From NCBI RefSeq assembly GCF_009914755.1, contig NC_060937.1: DNA of 64,000 bases; one strand, 5' to 3'. The notes under the pieces are model-generated. The model was not told the DNA's origin. It worked only from the letters and a program-made list of their open reading frames with translations, and searched no databases. Each line of letters opens with the position of its first letter. Positions within the stretch are counted from its first letter, which is position 1. The position numbers and the translations under genes are program-made. This document shows, one piece after another, positions 1-12,248 of the stretch. Source of the DNA: the human T2T-CHM13v2.0 reference genome, Homo sapiens.

Positions 1-258
1 ATGGTTGAGGAGGAAATTTTCAATTATGGCAGAAGACAAAGGGAAAGTAGGCACGTCTAACATGGCCAGAGCAAGAGCAAGAGAGAAGGGGGAGGTGCTA
101 CACTTTTTAATAACCAGATCTCATGAGAACTCTATCAGGAGAACAGCACTAGGGGAGCGGTGCTAACCCATTAGAAACCACCCCAGTGACCCAATCCCTC
201 TCACCAGGTCCCACCTCCAACATTGGGGATTACAACTCAGCATGAGATTTGGGTGGGA
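1..258 (-). mobile_element. MaLR LTR fragment (MSTA/MSTB-like), cut by window start
   Basis: Typical MST motifs: 'ccagatctcatgagaact', 'ggtcccacctccaacattggggattacaa', 'catgagatttgggtggg'. Confidence 0.8.
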
Positions 259-1094
259 GAAAAGAATAAAAATGGTACCAAATATATTTTTTAAAACAAA
301 AGTTTGAGAAAATAGTCAATTATTTCTTTCATTCATTTTACTGAATTCTTTCCGTACAAAAGCAATACCTACTTATAGCAAGAACAATGGAGCCATGTGA
401 AGTGAATAATCTCCCCCTCCTTATCAGTTTCCATGTTTGTTTCTTTTATTGTCTAACTACACTGGCTAAGCCCTCCATTACACTGTTGAACTGGAGAAGT
501 GAGAGCTGGTCTTACTGCTTTGGTACTGGCTCTAATGTAAATGCATTTCATTTTCCTAAGTATAACAATTACAGTATGTTCCTGATAGTCAACATAACTT
601 ATTGACATAAAGTTATTTATAATATTCTCGTATCATTTTTACTCCAATCTGTAGCCACGTCCCTTTTTCATTTATATTAGTTATAAATTCCCTCTATTAT
701 TATTGAAAAAGGTTTCCATATTCTATATTAGTCTCTTTGAAAACCAACAGTTGACTTTAATACCCACCATTTTGTATTTTTTTCTGCTCTCATCTTTATT
801 ATTTCCTTCTACTTTCTTTGGGTTTGTTCTTTTCTAATTATTGAGTTGGACCCTTAGCTCCCTAATTCTTTAATTTTCTTTTATATTGATTATATAACTT
901 GTTTCTTTCCTATTCCCTTATGAATTTAAAATTATGCATGGATTTTTTAATAGAGTCTAGGGTTAATAAGGATTTCTACCTTCTCCACTTGTCTCCTATT
1001 TTAAATTGTTTCATTTTTCGTTTCAGTTTAGCAAGTAGATTTACTCACCAATGTATTTACCAATTTCTTTGACCATTATTTATTCATTTTTCTT

Positions 1095-1815
1095 TTTTCT
1101 TGAGATTCAATCCATATCCACATAATTCAACTATTTAAAGTGTACAATACAGTAGTTTTTAGTACATTTACAGAGTTGTGCAACCATCACTGCTATCAAT
1201 TTTAGAACTAATCACCCCAAAAAGAATGTTGTGCCCATTAGCAGTCCCTCTGTTTCCCCAAACCTCTCAGCCCTAATCAACTACTAATCTACTTTCTGTC
1301 TTGAAATGTGCCTGTTCTGTACATTGCATATGAATTGAATCATGCAATATGTGGTCTCCTGTGTCTGACTTCCTTTGCTTTGTAGAGTGTTTTCAAGGTT
1401 CATCCATGTTGTAACATGTATCAGTACTTCATTACTTTTAACTCTCAAATAATAGTCCATTGTATAGATATACCACATTTTATTTATCTACTCGTTAGTT
1501 GATGAGCATTTGGTTGTTTCCATATTTGGGCTATTAAAAATAATGCTTCCATGAACATTCATGTACAAGTTTTTGTGTGGACATTTTTTTTTTGTTTTCT
1601 TGGTATAAATCTAGGAGTAGAATTGCTGAGTCATATAGTAGGTCTGTATTTAACCTTGTGAGGAACTGCCAGGCTGTTTTCCAATATGGCTCCACTATCT
1701 GACATCCCCACCAGCGGTGTATGAGGGTACCAACTTCTCCACATCCCCATCAACACTGTTATTTTCTCTTATTTATAGTCATATTAGTGGGTATGACATA
1801 GTATCTCATTGTGTC
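1095..1815 (-). mobile_element. Old L1M (L1MB-like) 3' end
   Basis: 'tttaaagtgtacaat', 'ttcaaggttcatccatgttgta', 'gaggaactgccag'; ORF 1284..1478 (MWYIYTMDYY...) is the L1 ORF2 C-terminus. T-rich flanks at ~600-1090 and ~1820-2680 look like older L1M debris. Confidence 0.8.
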
Positions 1816-2899
1816 ACTGTCCATTCTTCACATTCCTTCCAGAAGTATATTCTTTAAAAATCCATGTCAAAGATCTGTTAATAGTAAACTCTTCCAGTTC
1901 TTGATGATCCATATTGTCTGTATTTTGCTATGGTTCATGTTAGAGCTTAGCTGGATGTAAAGATCTACTTTGATTTATTCTGCTGTCTTTCTGGATTCCA
2001 TTATCGCTGGTCAGAAGTCCACTATGTATTATTCCTTTGAAGACATCCTGGGTTTTTTCTGATTAACACTAAGGTTTCTTTTCCTTTGATCTCTGCAGTG
2101 TATCTAAATTCTCAAATGTTGATTTACCTCAATTTATCATACTTAGTAGGATTTGTGCTGTCTGTATCTGAGAATCATATCTTTAATCAACTCTAGGAAA
2201 TTCTCAGCCATACTCCTATATTACAGCCACTGCTTCATCCTTTCTGTTATCTTCTCCAGAACTGCCGTTAAGACATGTGTTGGCCGTTCTCATCTCTTAA
2301 TCTCTCATTTAAATTCTTCACCACTTCATACTTATGATGCATTCTAGAGAATATCCTCATTCTTTTCCAGTTTACCAATTTAGCTATATTTCATCTGTGC
2401 TTAACCTATTGAAGTTTTTTTATATCAATGACTATATTTTCCTTCTCTAAGAGTTCTATTTGGTTCTTTTTCAAATATGCATCATCTTCTTTTTTCACAT
2501 TTTCTTGTTCTTTTCTGGTGTCTTAATCTTTTTTTAAATAGTTTTATCTATCTTAAACAAATGTAATTCAGTGTGTTTTTCTGCAAATTCTATGATCTAA
2601 ATTCCTTAGGGGTCTAATTCTGCTATGTTTGTTTCTTGTATTAGTCACTTTTTTTTCCTCTTGTGTTTTATAATATTGAGCTAAAAACTTTCAAGTAACC
2701 AAAATGGAAAATATTTAACATAAAAATTAGCCATAGTCAGGTAGTACATCTGGGGTACCTGGCAAGATAAATACCAAGAAGAACACTCTAAACTTGGGCT
2801 GCAATCAATCACCATAAATAACATACTTCACTCTTGCTTTTTTTTCTTCATGTCTCCCACATATACTCCTTACCAAGACCCAAGAGACACTATAACCAC

Positions 2900-3180
2900 C
2901 TCCTTGTTTATTTCCCTTCTCTGATCCTTCTCCAAACCACTCTGTCCTCGCCATCAATGTGATATTTTAAGACTGTACAGCATGTCATGTAGCTCCCTTG
3001 ATTAAGAATCTTTAGTGGCCTCCTACTGCTCAACACAAAATTCAAACTCTTTGCCAGGTATACAAGGCCATAGATAATCTGCCTCCTCCAATCTGCCACC
3101 TGCTGCTTCTCCTGCATGTTTCCCCATCACAAAGCTCCAAGTTACACTGGCCTTCCTTTTCTTCTGTGAAACCAACAAAC
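2900..3180 (+). mobile_element. L2 fragment
   Basis: 'catgtcatgtagctcccttgattaagaatctttagtggcctcc...ttcaaactctttgccagg...aaggcc' resembles the L2 3' region. Confidence 0.6.
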
Positions 3181-3285
3181 ATGAGGGGATGCCACTTGAG
3201 ATGAGGCAGCAGAAAGGGAGGGAGAGGGGAGTGATACGGACACACTGCTGACATCACCAAGACATTAGATCAAATCTTGCCTAAA

Positions 3286-3332
3286 GTCTCTGGGCTTCAC
3301 AATAATGTCTCTGGGCTTCACAATAATGTCTC
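3286..3332. repeat. Perfect 21-bp tandem duplication
   Basis: gtctctgggcttcacaataat x2 followed by gtctc. Confidence 0.95.
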
Positions 3333-4799
3333 ATTCCTTTCTCTCTTCATTTCTTCCTTTCCAGCAACCACCTTCACACCCAGCTATTTTTTGTGAGTTA
3401 GGGTCTTGATCTGTGAGGAGCTGCTGTGTTACTGTATTGATCCTCTTTCAGAGACTGTCAGAGAAATGTCACAGCCAAAAGCAGAGTTAAGCTGTCTTTA
3501 GGGAGACCCTGATTCTATTTCAGGGTCCAGTAAAAGGTGAGAAAGAAAAGCTATTCTTCATATATTCTTGGGAATTCAAAGTTCCCAATACTTAGGAGCA
3601 ATCAAGTACAATATTTCTATAATTTAGTTCTCTCAGTTCACTATACTTTCTGATAGGCCAGTTTTCTACACTTAACCATACTTATATATTCACTTTTAAT
3701 TGACTGCCATTTAACATCAGTCATTCACCCTTCAGACTTCTGTGCAACATTAGTTCATATCACTACTCCAGTAGCCAAAACAATTGGTAAGACAATTTTT
3801 TATGACCTATCACTCTAGAAAATTCCAAATACTTGTCATATTCTCTTAGTTCAAAACATAGCAAAACAAATCATAAAAAGAATGAAGTTTATCATATTCA
3901 AGAATGAAAACCAACAGTTATGGTGTCTTCCAGTTTACATGATTGTTTAAACATGGGTTATTGCCTTAAATTCTAACAATGCTATACTCCTGCAATGTAC
4001 TTATTATGAATGTCATCCTGGTTTTACCACTGATGGAATGAAACGGATGAAAATGAAACAGTTATTGAGCAACTGTTCTATGCAAGTCATCATCACAGAA
4101 GGAGCTTAAATATGTCATTTGATTTGATCATCTGAGAAAGTTGAGTGTCTTCATCACATCACACACTAATTGCCAGGGGCAGAACACATGCCCGGTCTGC
4201 AGAGCCCTCTCTGCTATGGCTGGCTTCTTCAACTCCACATTCATGGAGGCCTCTTTTCTATGCAAGCCTATGGGTTGAAAATGATTTATTCTTTGGGAGC
4301 TCATTGCTGCCTTTAAAAAAAAAATAGCTGCCGCAGACTTCTCTGTCTTGTGTCTTTGACTTAATGTGATTGGTACTGACTTTGGCACTTCATTATTTTC
4401 AAATGACAAAACAAGTAGCTCCCAAGACAATGTAGTTTGGACAAAGTAAGCAGTTCTTAAAATTAAATTACATATTAATAACAGACTTTCCCATTGGAAC
4501 TCTTTAATATTGTTGCCTTGGGCATAGATCCTATTTTAGTTACATCCTCTGTGCTAAAAGCATTTTCTGGTGATGCTAATGCTGCACCTCATGTTGAAAT
4601 AAAACACCTCCTTAGAGACATAGATGTTTGTATAATGCAAGTATGATCTAGCAGTCTTAGGGTGGCGTTTGAGCTCCAAAGTGAGATTTATTAAAAGGTA
4701 AAGCAATCATATACTGCCTTCCTTCTCCAGCTTCCCTTCTTAAATTAGTAATGTCAGTCTATCTCAGATTCTCCCTACCTCCTTATTCTTTGATTTTTC

Positions 4800-4940
4800 T
4801 CCATAATACTTATCTGATATGCTGTATATTTTATTTCTATTTCCCTCAATAGAGTGGCAGCTCCCTGAGACCAGGGACTTTGGCTCTTTTATTCAGTCCT
4901 CCATCCCCAGCACCTTGAATGGTGTCCGGCACATGTTAGA
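4800..4940 (+). mobile_element. L2 3' end, continued at ~7032-7070 after the hAT insertion
   Basis: 'agagtggcagctccctgagaccagggac...ccccagcacc...ggcacat' then 'taggg...aataaatatttgtggaataaatgaatg' (L2 tail). Confidence 0.7.
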
Positions 4941-5018
4941 CAGGGGGACTGAAGTCTATCATACTGGGGGTAGTAGGGAGCTCTTTAGAAAAAAAAAACC
5001 ACAAAGGTACAAATATAA

Positions 5019-5405
<387 letters not shown>

Positions 5406-6030
5406 TAGTTTTGCACAATGTTGCCATTGGGGAAATAGGAAACGGGATGAATAATGCACAGAATTCCTCTGCATTATTTCCTACAACTGCATGTGAATCT
5501 ACAGTCTCAAAATTTAGAATGTCTAATTTAAAATAACTATTAATATATAAAAAATATGCAAGAGAGTATTATTTAAAGTGAGAAAAAATATGCCCCCAAA
5601 TTAAATAATAAAAACCTGGAAAATGCCACATAAATCACAACATCCACAAAAGTATTTTTATTCAGTGATTCCCTGGCAAGCCTCAATGGCCTTTTTCCTA
5701 CGTTTCTGTCTAAGTGCACTTTGACCATATAATGATGACTTTGTTAATATTTACTGAAGAGAGAATAGAAAAATCTTTAGGATTGTTGACCAAGTTTAGT
5801 TTTAAAACAATTCCTTTCAACTTTGTAACTCATTGTTGGTAATGTCATGTAACTGTTTAGGATTTTTGTCAAATTAGTGAAAATACCCTTTTCTTACATC
5901 TGTGAGCGAGAAGATTGTGGCATTTCAAATTTTCTCAGTGACTAGCCTTACATGCTCTTTGAATTAGAAACCCTTGTTAATCAGCTGGTTACTGATGAAC
6001 TCATTGCAGTGACTTATTATGGGTGTTTCT

Positions 6031-6332
6031 CTTTTTTTTTTTTTTTTTTTTTTTTAAATGGAGTCTAGCTCTGTCATCCAGGCTGAAGTGCAGTGGCATG
6101 ATCTCGGCTCACTGCTACCTCAGCCTCCCAGGTTCAAGCAATTCTTTGTCTCAGCCTCTCAAGTAGCTGCAATTATAGCACCCACCACCATGCCCGGCTA
6201 ATTTTTGTATTTTTAGTAGAGATGGGGTTTCACCATCTTGGCCAGGCTGGTCTTGAATTTCTGACCTCATGATCCACCTGCCTTAGCCTCCCAAAATGCT
6301 GGGGTTACAGGCGTGAGCCACCACACCTGGCC
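6031..6332 (-). mobile_element. AluS
   Basis: Full Alu with poly(T); TSD cttattatgggt on both sides. Confidence 0.92.
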
Positions 6333-7457
6333 CTTATTATGGGTTTTATGTTATCTGTGTCAAAATTTCATGTCAAATGAGTAAGAACGTGTGTGGACAG
6401 GCTTGAGTAAGGCCATTGTAGGAATAAAGATGGGCTTGGCGTGAGGTCCAGTTTAGATTGAGGGTGGTGTGTCAGGATGAAAGTGGTTGAGAAGCCGAGA
6501 GAAGTGTGTTGGAGGTAGAAAGGGCAGGAAGGTTAGCATCAGGTGCTGGCAAGTGTCCAATGGTACCTGGAAGATTTCTCTGAATTAAAGAATTCACCAA
6601 ACAAGTGACATAATATAGTGGATCGTTAACAATACAGTCAAATCTCAAGCTTTGCCATTGTCATGAATCTTTCATAGCAACAACTTAGCTGCACACATAA
6701 ATATATCTCAGTAAATTCAAACACAATAAATCCCTCACTCAACTGTCCCCTCGGGCAGTTTTCAAATCTCCTTGCAGCTCTTCTAACCTCACCCAGCATG
6801 AGAGGAAGTGGTGTGACAGAATGAAGTCAGAGGAGAAGGCAACAATCGTCTTTACTAATAGTGGCTCAAATATGTTACTTCTGCAAATTTTACAAAATTA
6901 TGCAAACATGTGACTGCATTGCCCTCCGTTCCCCCCTGCACCCCCATGGTCCCTCCCAGAGAGCTGGAAGGATGGGCAAAGAGAGACCCTAAAGTTTACG
7001 CATCCTTAGCTTCATGGTAAATCTGACTTTGTAGGGCCTTAATAAATATTTGTGGAATAAATGAATGCATGCATATTTGAATGCTTGAACTTAAGATCTA
7101 AGACCACATCCCAAGAGTACTTCCAAATTACATCAGTAGTTTTTAAAGCAAGCCAAGAAACAACGGAATAAGAGGGAGGCATCAAAAAAAACTCCTGAAA
7201 AGTGTAAATAACCAGGAGAAAAAAATAAAAGTTTCATCAAAGTATGAGTCTAACCCAGTTGACTGAACTCTGAAGAGCTACCTTCCAGGAGCCATGCTAC
7301 AGAACCTCGGTTTCTCCAGAATCGAAAGGATGTGTTTTAAAATGTCTTTGAAAATTAAAAAGATAAATAATTAAAACCCTTATATTCAACACATGATAAA
7401 TGTTATGTTGAATGATTAAATTAAAGGAATACTGATGGAATAGATATCTCAAAGTGA

Positions 7458-7863
<406 letters not shown>

Positions 7864-8094
7864 GGAACTCCCAGGTTTGACTTGCAGTGATAATCTCCTG
7901 GACTTGGTTGGAAGCAGGAAGGAATGGCCTACAAATTACTCTGCCCCTGAAGCAGGTTATTTCTGTAGCAGAGATTGTATGTTATCTGCCTTCCATCTGC
8001 TCCATTGCATTTTGGGATAGGAGCAAGATTGGCAGAGTCAAAAAGAAAGTCACAGGCACACCCAATTAACTTAAAACCCAAGAACTGAACCACA

Positions 8095-8630
8095 TGTGGA
8101 AATAAACACCATCCAAATGAGAAAGGCAAAGGCAATTTATTCTGAGCTTGCTGTAGCAAGGGAGTCAGCCACCATCACAGGCATTTGTCAGAGACTCAAA
8201 GGCAGGCAGGGGAGTGGGAGAGTGTTACAGTGGACAAAAGGGACGGCTTCAGATGTGCCCTGATTGGAGGCCGTTGGTCTGGAGAAGCTGGAGGTGGCTA
8301 ACTAGGAGCAGGCAGCCATGTGATTGGTTAGGGGCATATTTAGCTCTCTCTGGTTGGTCCTAAATTGGAAGCAGGCACAAAAACTAGGAAAGCTGTTAGT
8401 TATTAATCAAGTCCCAGCAATTTGGGGCCAACTGTTACACAAGTTATTGTTTAGCTTCCCAGATTGTTACTAGACACAGAGGTCTGACCTCCCCCAAGTC
8501 AGGTGGGCTTGCTGGGTTGTTTATTGTAGATAAGGGGTTGGTTTCCTGAGAGGTTGCTGGAAGCTATGGTCCAGTTCTATTTTTATATATGGTCTGACCA
8601 TGGTCTATTTAGATATTCAGCCTCTCACAC
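8095..8630. mobile_element. Solo ERV LTR (family not assigned)
   Basis: Repeated CCAAT-box motifs (tgattgg x2, tggttgg, aattgg), 'tttatt' near one end, LTR-like length and composition. Confidence 0.5.
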
Positions 8631-10289
8631 GCCATTTAGTGTTAAACAAAAAAGCGTTCTGGGTAAGTGTATCTCAGCAGATACAGGAAATGCAAGAGGG
8701 TGTGTGCACTGGTGTTGGTTGTTTTTCTTAGAAAACAATTGTTAATAGCTCCATGATGGGAGAACTTGTTAAAGGGTAAATAGAAGTGCAAGGTCCAAGC
8801 TGCATGAATCTCATCAGTGGTAATAACAGGCATGTGGTTAAGTGCTCACACACTGCGCTGGAAATTTCTCTTCAAATATTTTAAAAATTAAAAAGCACAA
8901 AGAGGATTCAGTTCATGTGGAGCCTGCCCCACCTACCCTGATCTCGTGCCCTCAGGAAAAAAAGAAATGGGTCTGTTACTGCAGAAGGGTCTGAGAGGTC
9001 ATTATTTTGAGCCACACATCATGACAATAACCAGGGCAACAGTCTCAGAAGTGATTCTAGATTATTGCTTACAGAGGAGCACTCTAACATTTTTTTCATT
9101 TGAGCCAATTATTTAAGGCAAAACTGTCTTTCACATTAAAAACCCAGTGGGCAACTTGTAAGCATCAAATAAATTGCACTGGGGGTCCATTTTCAGGCTC
9201 CGTTGTATAAAACTGCCATTACTTGCCCCACTAGTTATGGGGAAACAGAAAAGTTTGCATTATTCTACATTTCACATGAAAACAACTGGAGCTCAAAGGC
9301 ATTTTAAAAATGCAATCTTGTCTTTCCAATCTTTGCAGCTTCCCTGGGCTCTATGAAATGGAGTGAGTGAGCTGAACATACTAAATTAGCCCCACTTGCT
9401 AACAGAATGAATGTCTCCCCAAAATCAGGCAGAGGAAAGAAGGCAGGAAGCCCCCTTCCAGTAGCAGCGACAAACCATTTCCTCTCCTTCCAGAAAGGGC
9501 CAAAAAATTAACTAAATTCTTATCCCTTCTGAGAAAAGCAGCAAAGATAACAGTGAAGATTAAGCTTGAAGGAGAGAGAACCCCTTAGCTGCAGATTAGC
9601 AAACCTGAAGCAAAGAAAAACTGCTGATTTCAGCTGCATTGCCTTGGTCCCCAAAATTCCAACTGCACAGCCCTTTGCGCTACATGGTGAAGAAAACCTC
9701 ACTCAAATACCCCGTAAAGATGAGCTAGGTCCTCTATTTCATTATTTGTTTGAAAATATCCGAGCCTCTGCCTCACACAGGAGTTACTAGGCACATTCTC
9801 AGAAACGGAGAAAATAACAGTAGATTAACCAAAGCCAGGGGCACCATTTCCTCCAGCTTCAATTGCTTGCCCATATTGTGTTCTTCTGTTAAGCAAGAGC
9901 CCAGAAAGCTAATTAGACTGGTCCTGCTTCCGCAAGTCACCCTTGGGGAAGAGATGTTGGAGGATGAATGTCCCCCTAAGGCTCTGTGTCTTTCATTTTG
10001 CATGAAGTCAGTGCTCTTTCTGCTACAGGGGTGGGAAAGTTAACAAACGAGCCATCTTCCTGGACATTGTGCTTGTTGATTCTGGAAAGTATCACACACA
10101 CAAAAAAAAACCCAGACAATGAAGCTGTACACCCAACCACAAGGATTTACATGTAACTGGAAAGAAAAAAAAAGACCATGCACTATGCAATATAATCATT
10201 CATTCATTTTTCAAATCGTTAACACCCATGATGTATCAGACACTAGGATTTCACAGATATGAAAGTCCTTATTCCCACCCTCAAGTAGC

Positions 10290-11480
10290 CCATGGTCTAG
10301 AAATTCAACATCCAATCCATGACCAGTCCATCACAAAATCTTGTCAATTTTACCTTCTAATTAGCTCTCAAAAGCATCCAATTCTAACTTTATACGCACC
10401 AGAGTGACCAAACCATCATCTCTCACCTGAACTTTTACAAGTCTTCTAACTGTTCTCTCCACATCCTCTCTTCTTCCTTATATTCTCCAAAGCCAGAATT
10501 ACCTTTCTGAAGGTAAAGATACATCTTAAAATCTTTAAGTGATTGTCTTTGTACACCTTAAAATCTTTAAGTAATTGCTCAGTATTCACAGACTAAAAAT
10601 AAAATGCCTTAAAATGTCCATAAGGCCCTAAGTGTAATAGCCCCAACCTGCCTGCAATCAAATGCAAAAAAACAAAAAAAATACTGCCCCAATTCTCCAG
10701 CCCTCCTATATCCATGGCTTTGGAGCATAACTTTGTAGCTTATTCCATTACAAAGGGGAGTCTACTTCTCCACCCATGAATCCAGGCTGCTTTGTGACTT
10801 GCTGTGGCCAATAGAATAGGATTGGAAATGATGCTGGTGTTCTAAAGCTACACCTCAAGAGGCTTTAGTCATTGTCATTCATTCACTTGGAATTCCACCA
10901 CCACCATGTTAACGAGCCCAAGCTAGCCTGCTCAGGGCGACAGACCAAGTGGAGCACCACCACACCATCCAGGTTTCCTAGCCAAAGCTCCACACACAAG
11001 AGAGAACCCAGCCAAGATCAGACACCTATCCAACCCACAGCTGACCACAGATGATGAGTGAGTCCTGGTCAGCCCAACCTAGCAATGAGACTCACACCAC
11101 TGACTACAGATGTGGAAGCAATGATAACTGGTTATCGTTTTAAGGCAGGACATTTTGTTTAGCAGCTTGCTGTGCAGCATAGCTAACAGATACACTGTTT
11201 CCACATCCCCATCTAGCCCTGTCTTCTTGTCTGAAGCCCTGAGACACCAGCCTTCTTTTCATTCTCTGATATTGGCCATGCTTCCTCCTGCCACTAGGCT
11301 TTGAACATGCTGATCCTTCTGTAGACATATTTGTAACCCTTCCCTCCAACACCATTGCCTAGTTAGCTCTTCTTCTTCCATCCAAATCAGCTCAGCCACT
11401 GCATCTTGAGGAAAGTCCCTACTGACCTCCTTGATTATTTCATTTCCAAATATTCCCTATTACATAATCTCTAGTATATG
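10290..11480 (+). mobile_element. L2 fragments interrupted by an MLT1 LTR
   Basis: 'catccaatccat...aaatcttgtcaattttacc', 'aaaccatcatctctcacctg', 'ggctttgaacatgctgatccttct'. Confidence 0.65.
10682..11194 (+). mobile_element. MLT1 (MaLR) solo LTR
   Basis: 'tgtgacttgctgtggccaatagaat', 3' end 'gttttaag...gcagcatagctaacagataca'. Confidence 0.75.
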
Positions 11481-11487
11481 TGACAGT

Positions 11488-11735
11488 ACAGCATAGTAGT
11501 AACAGCCCAGACCCTAAGGCCAGACTTCCTGGATTAGAGCCCTAACCTCCCCACTTGCTAGTTCTTAATCCATGGAAAGAAACAAGAGCTCTGTGTCTTG
11601 GTTTCCTTATCAGTAAAACAGTGATTATAAAGTTACCAGTTTCATAGCCCTGTTCTGAGGACTCAATGGGTTAGTAAAATACTTGGAATAGTTCCTGGCA
11701 CGCACCAAGTGCAATGTAAGAATTAGCTATCATTA
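11488..11735 (+). mobile_element. MIR
   Basis: MIR core 'ctctgtgtcttggtttccttatcagtaaaac...' and tail 'gttcctggcac...tagctatcatt'. Confidence 0.75.
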
Positions 11736-11814
11736 AAGTACCATGGACCTCTGTTAAAGAGATTGTAATTTTCCATTTATTTGTGTGATTCTTTGATGAA
11801 TGTCTATAGGCCAG

Positions 11815-12248
11815 TGTATTAGTTAGGGTTGTCTAGAGGGACAGAACAGGAGATAAACATGTATATATGTTTATTAACTTACACAATCACAAGGTCCCAT
11901 AATCATAGGCCATCTGCAAGCTGAGGAGCAAGGAGAGCCAGTCTGAGTCCCAAAACTGAAGAAGTTGGAGTCGGATGTTCAAGGGCAGGAAGCATCCAGC
12001 ACAGGAAAAAGATGTAGGCTTGGAGGCTACGGAAGTATTGTCTTTTCACGTTTTTCTGCCTGCTTTATACACCAGCCACACTGGCAGCTGAGTAGATGGT
12101 GCCCACCCAGATTAAGGGTGAGTGTGCCTTTCCGAGCCCACTGACTCAAATGTTAATCTCCTTTGGCAACACCCTCACAGACACACTCAGAATCAGTACC
12201 TTGCATCTTTCAATCCAAACAGGTTGACACTCAGTATTACCATCACAA
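11815..12248 (-). mobile_element. MLT2A LTR (3' LTR of HERV-L provirus)
   Basis: Starts tgtattagttagggttgtctagagggacagaac, ends gttgacactcagtattaccatcaca; matches the LTR remnant at 20409-20662; proviral TSD gccag (11810-11814) / accag (20663-20667). Confidence 0.9.
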
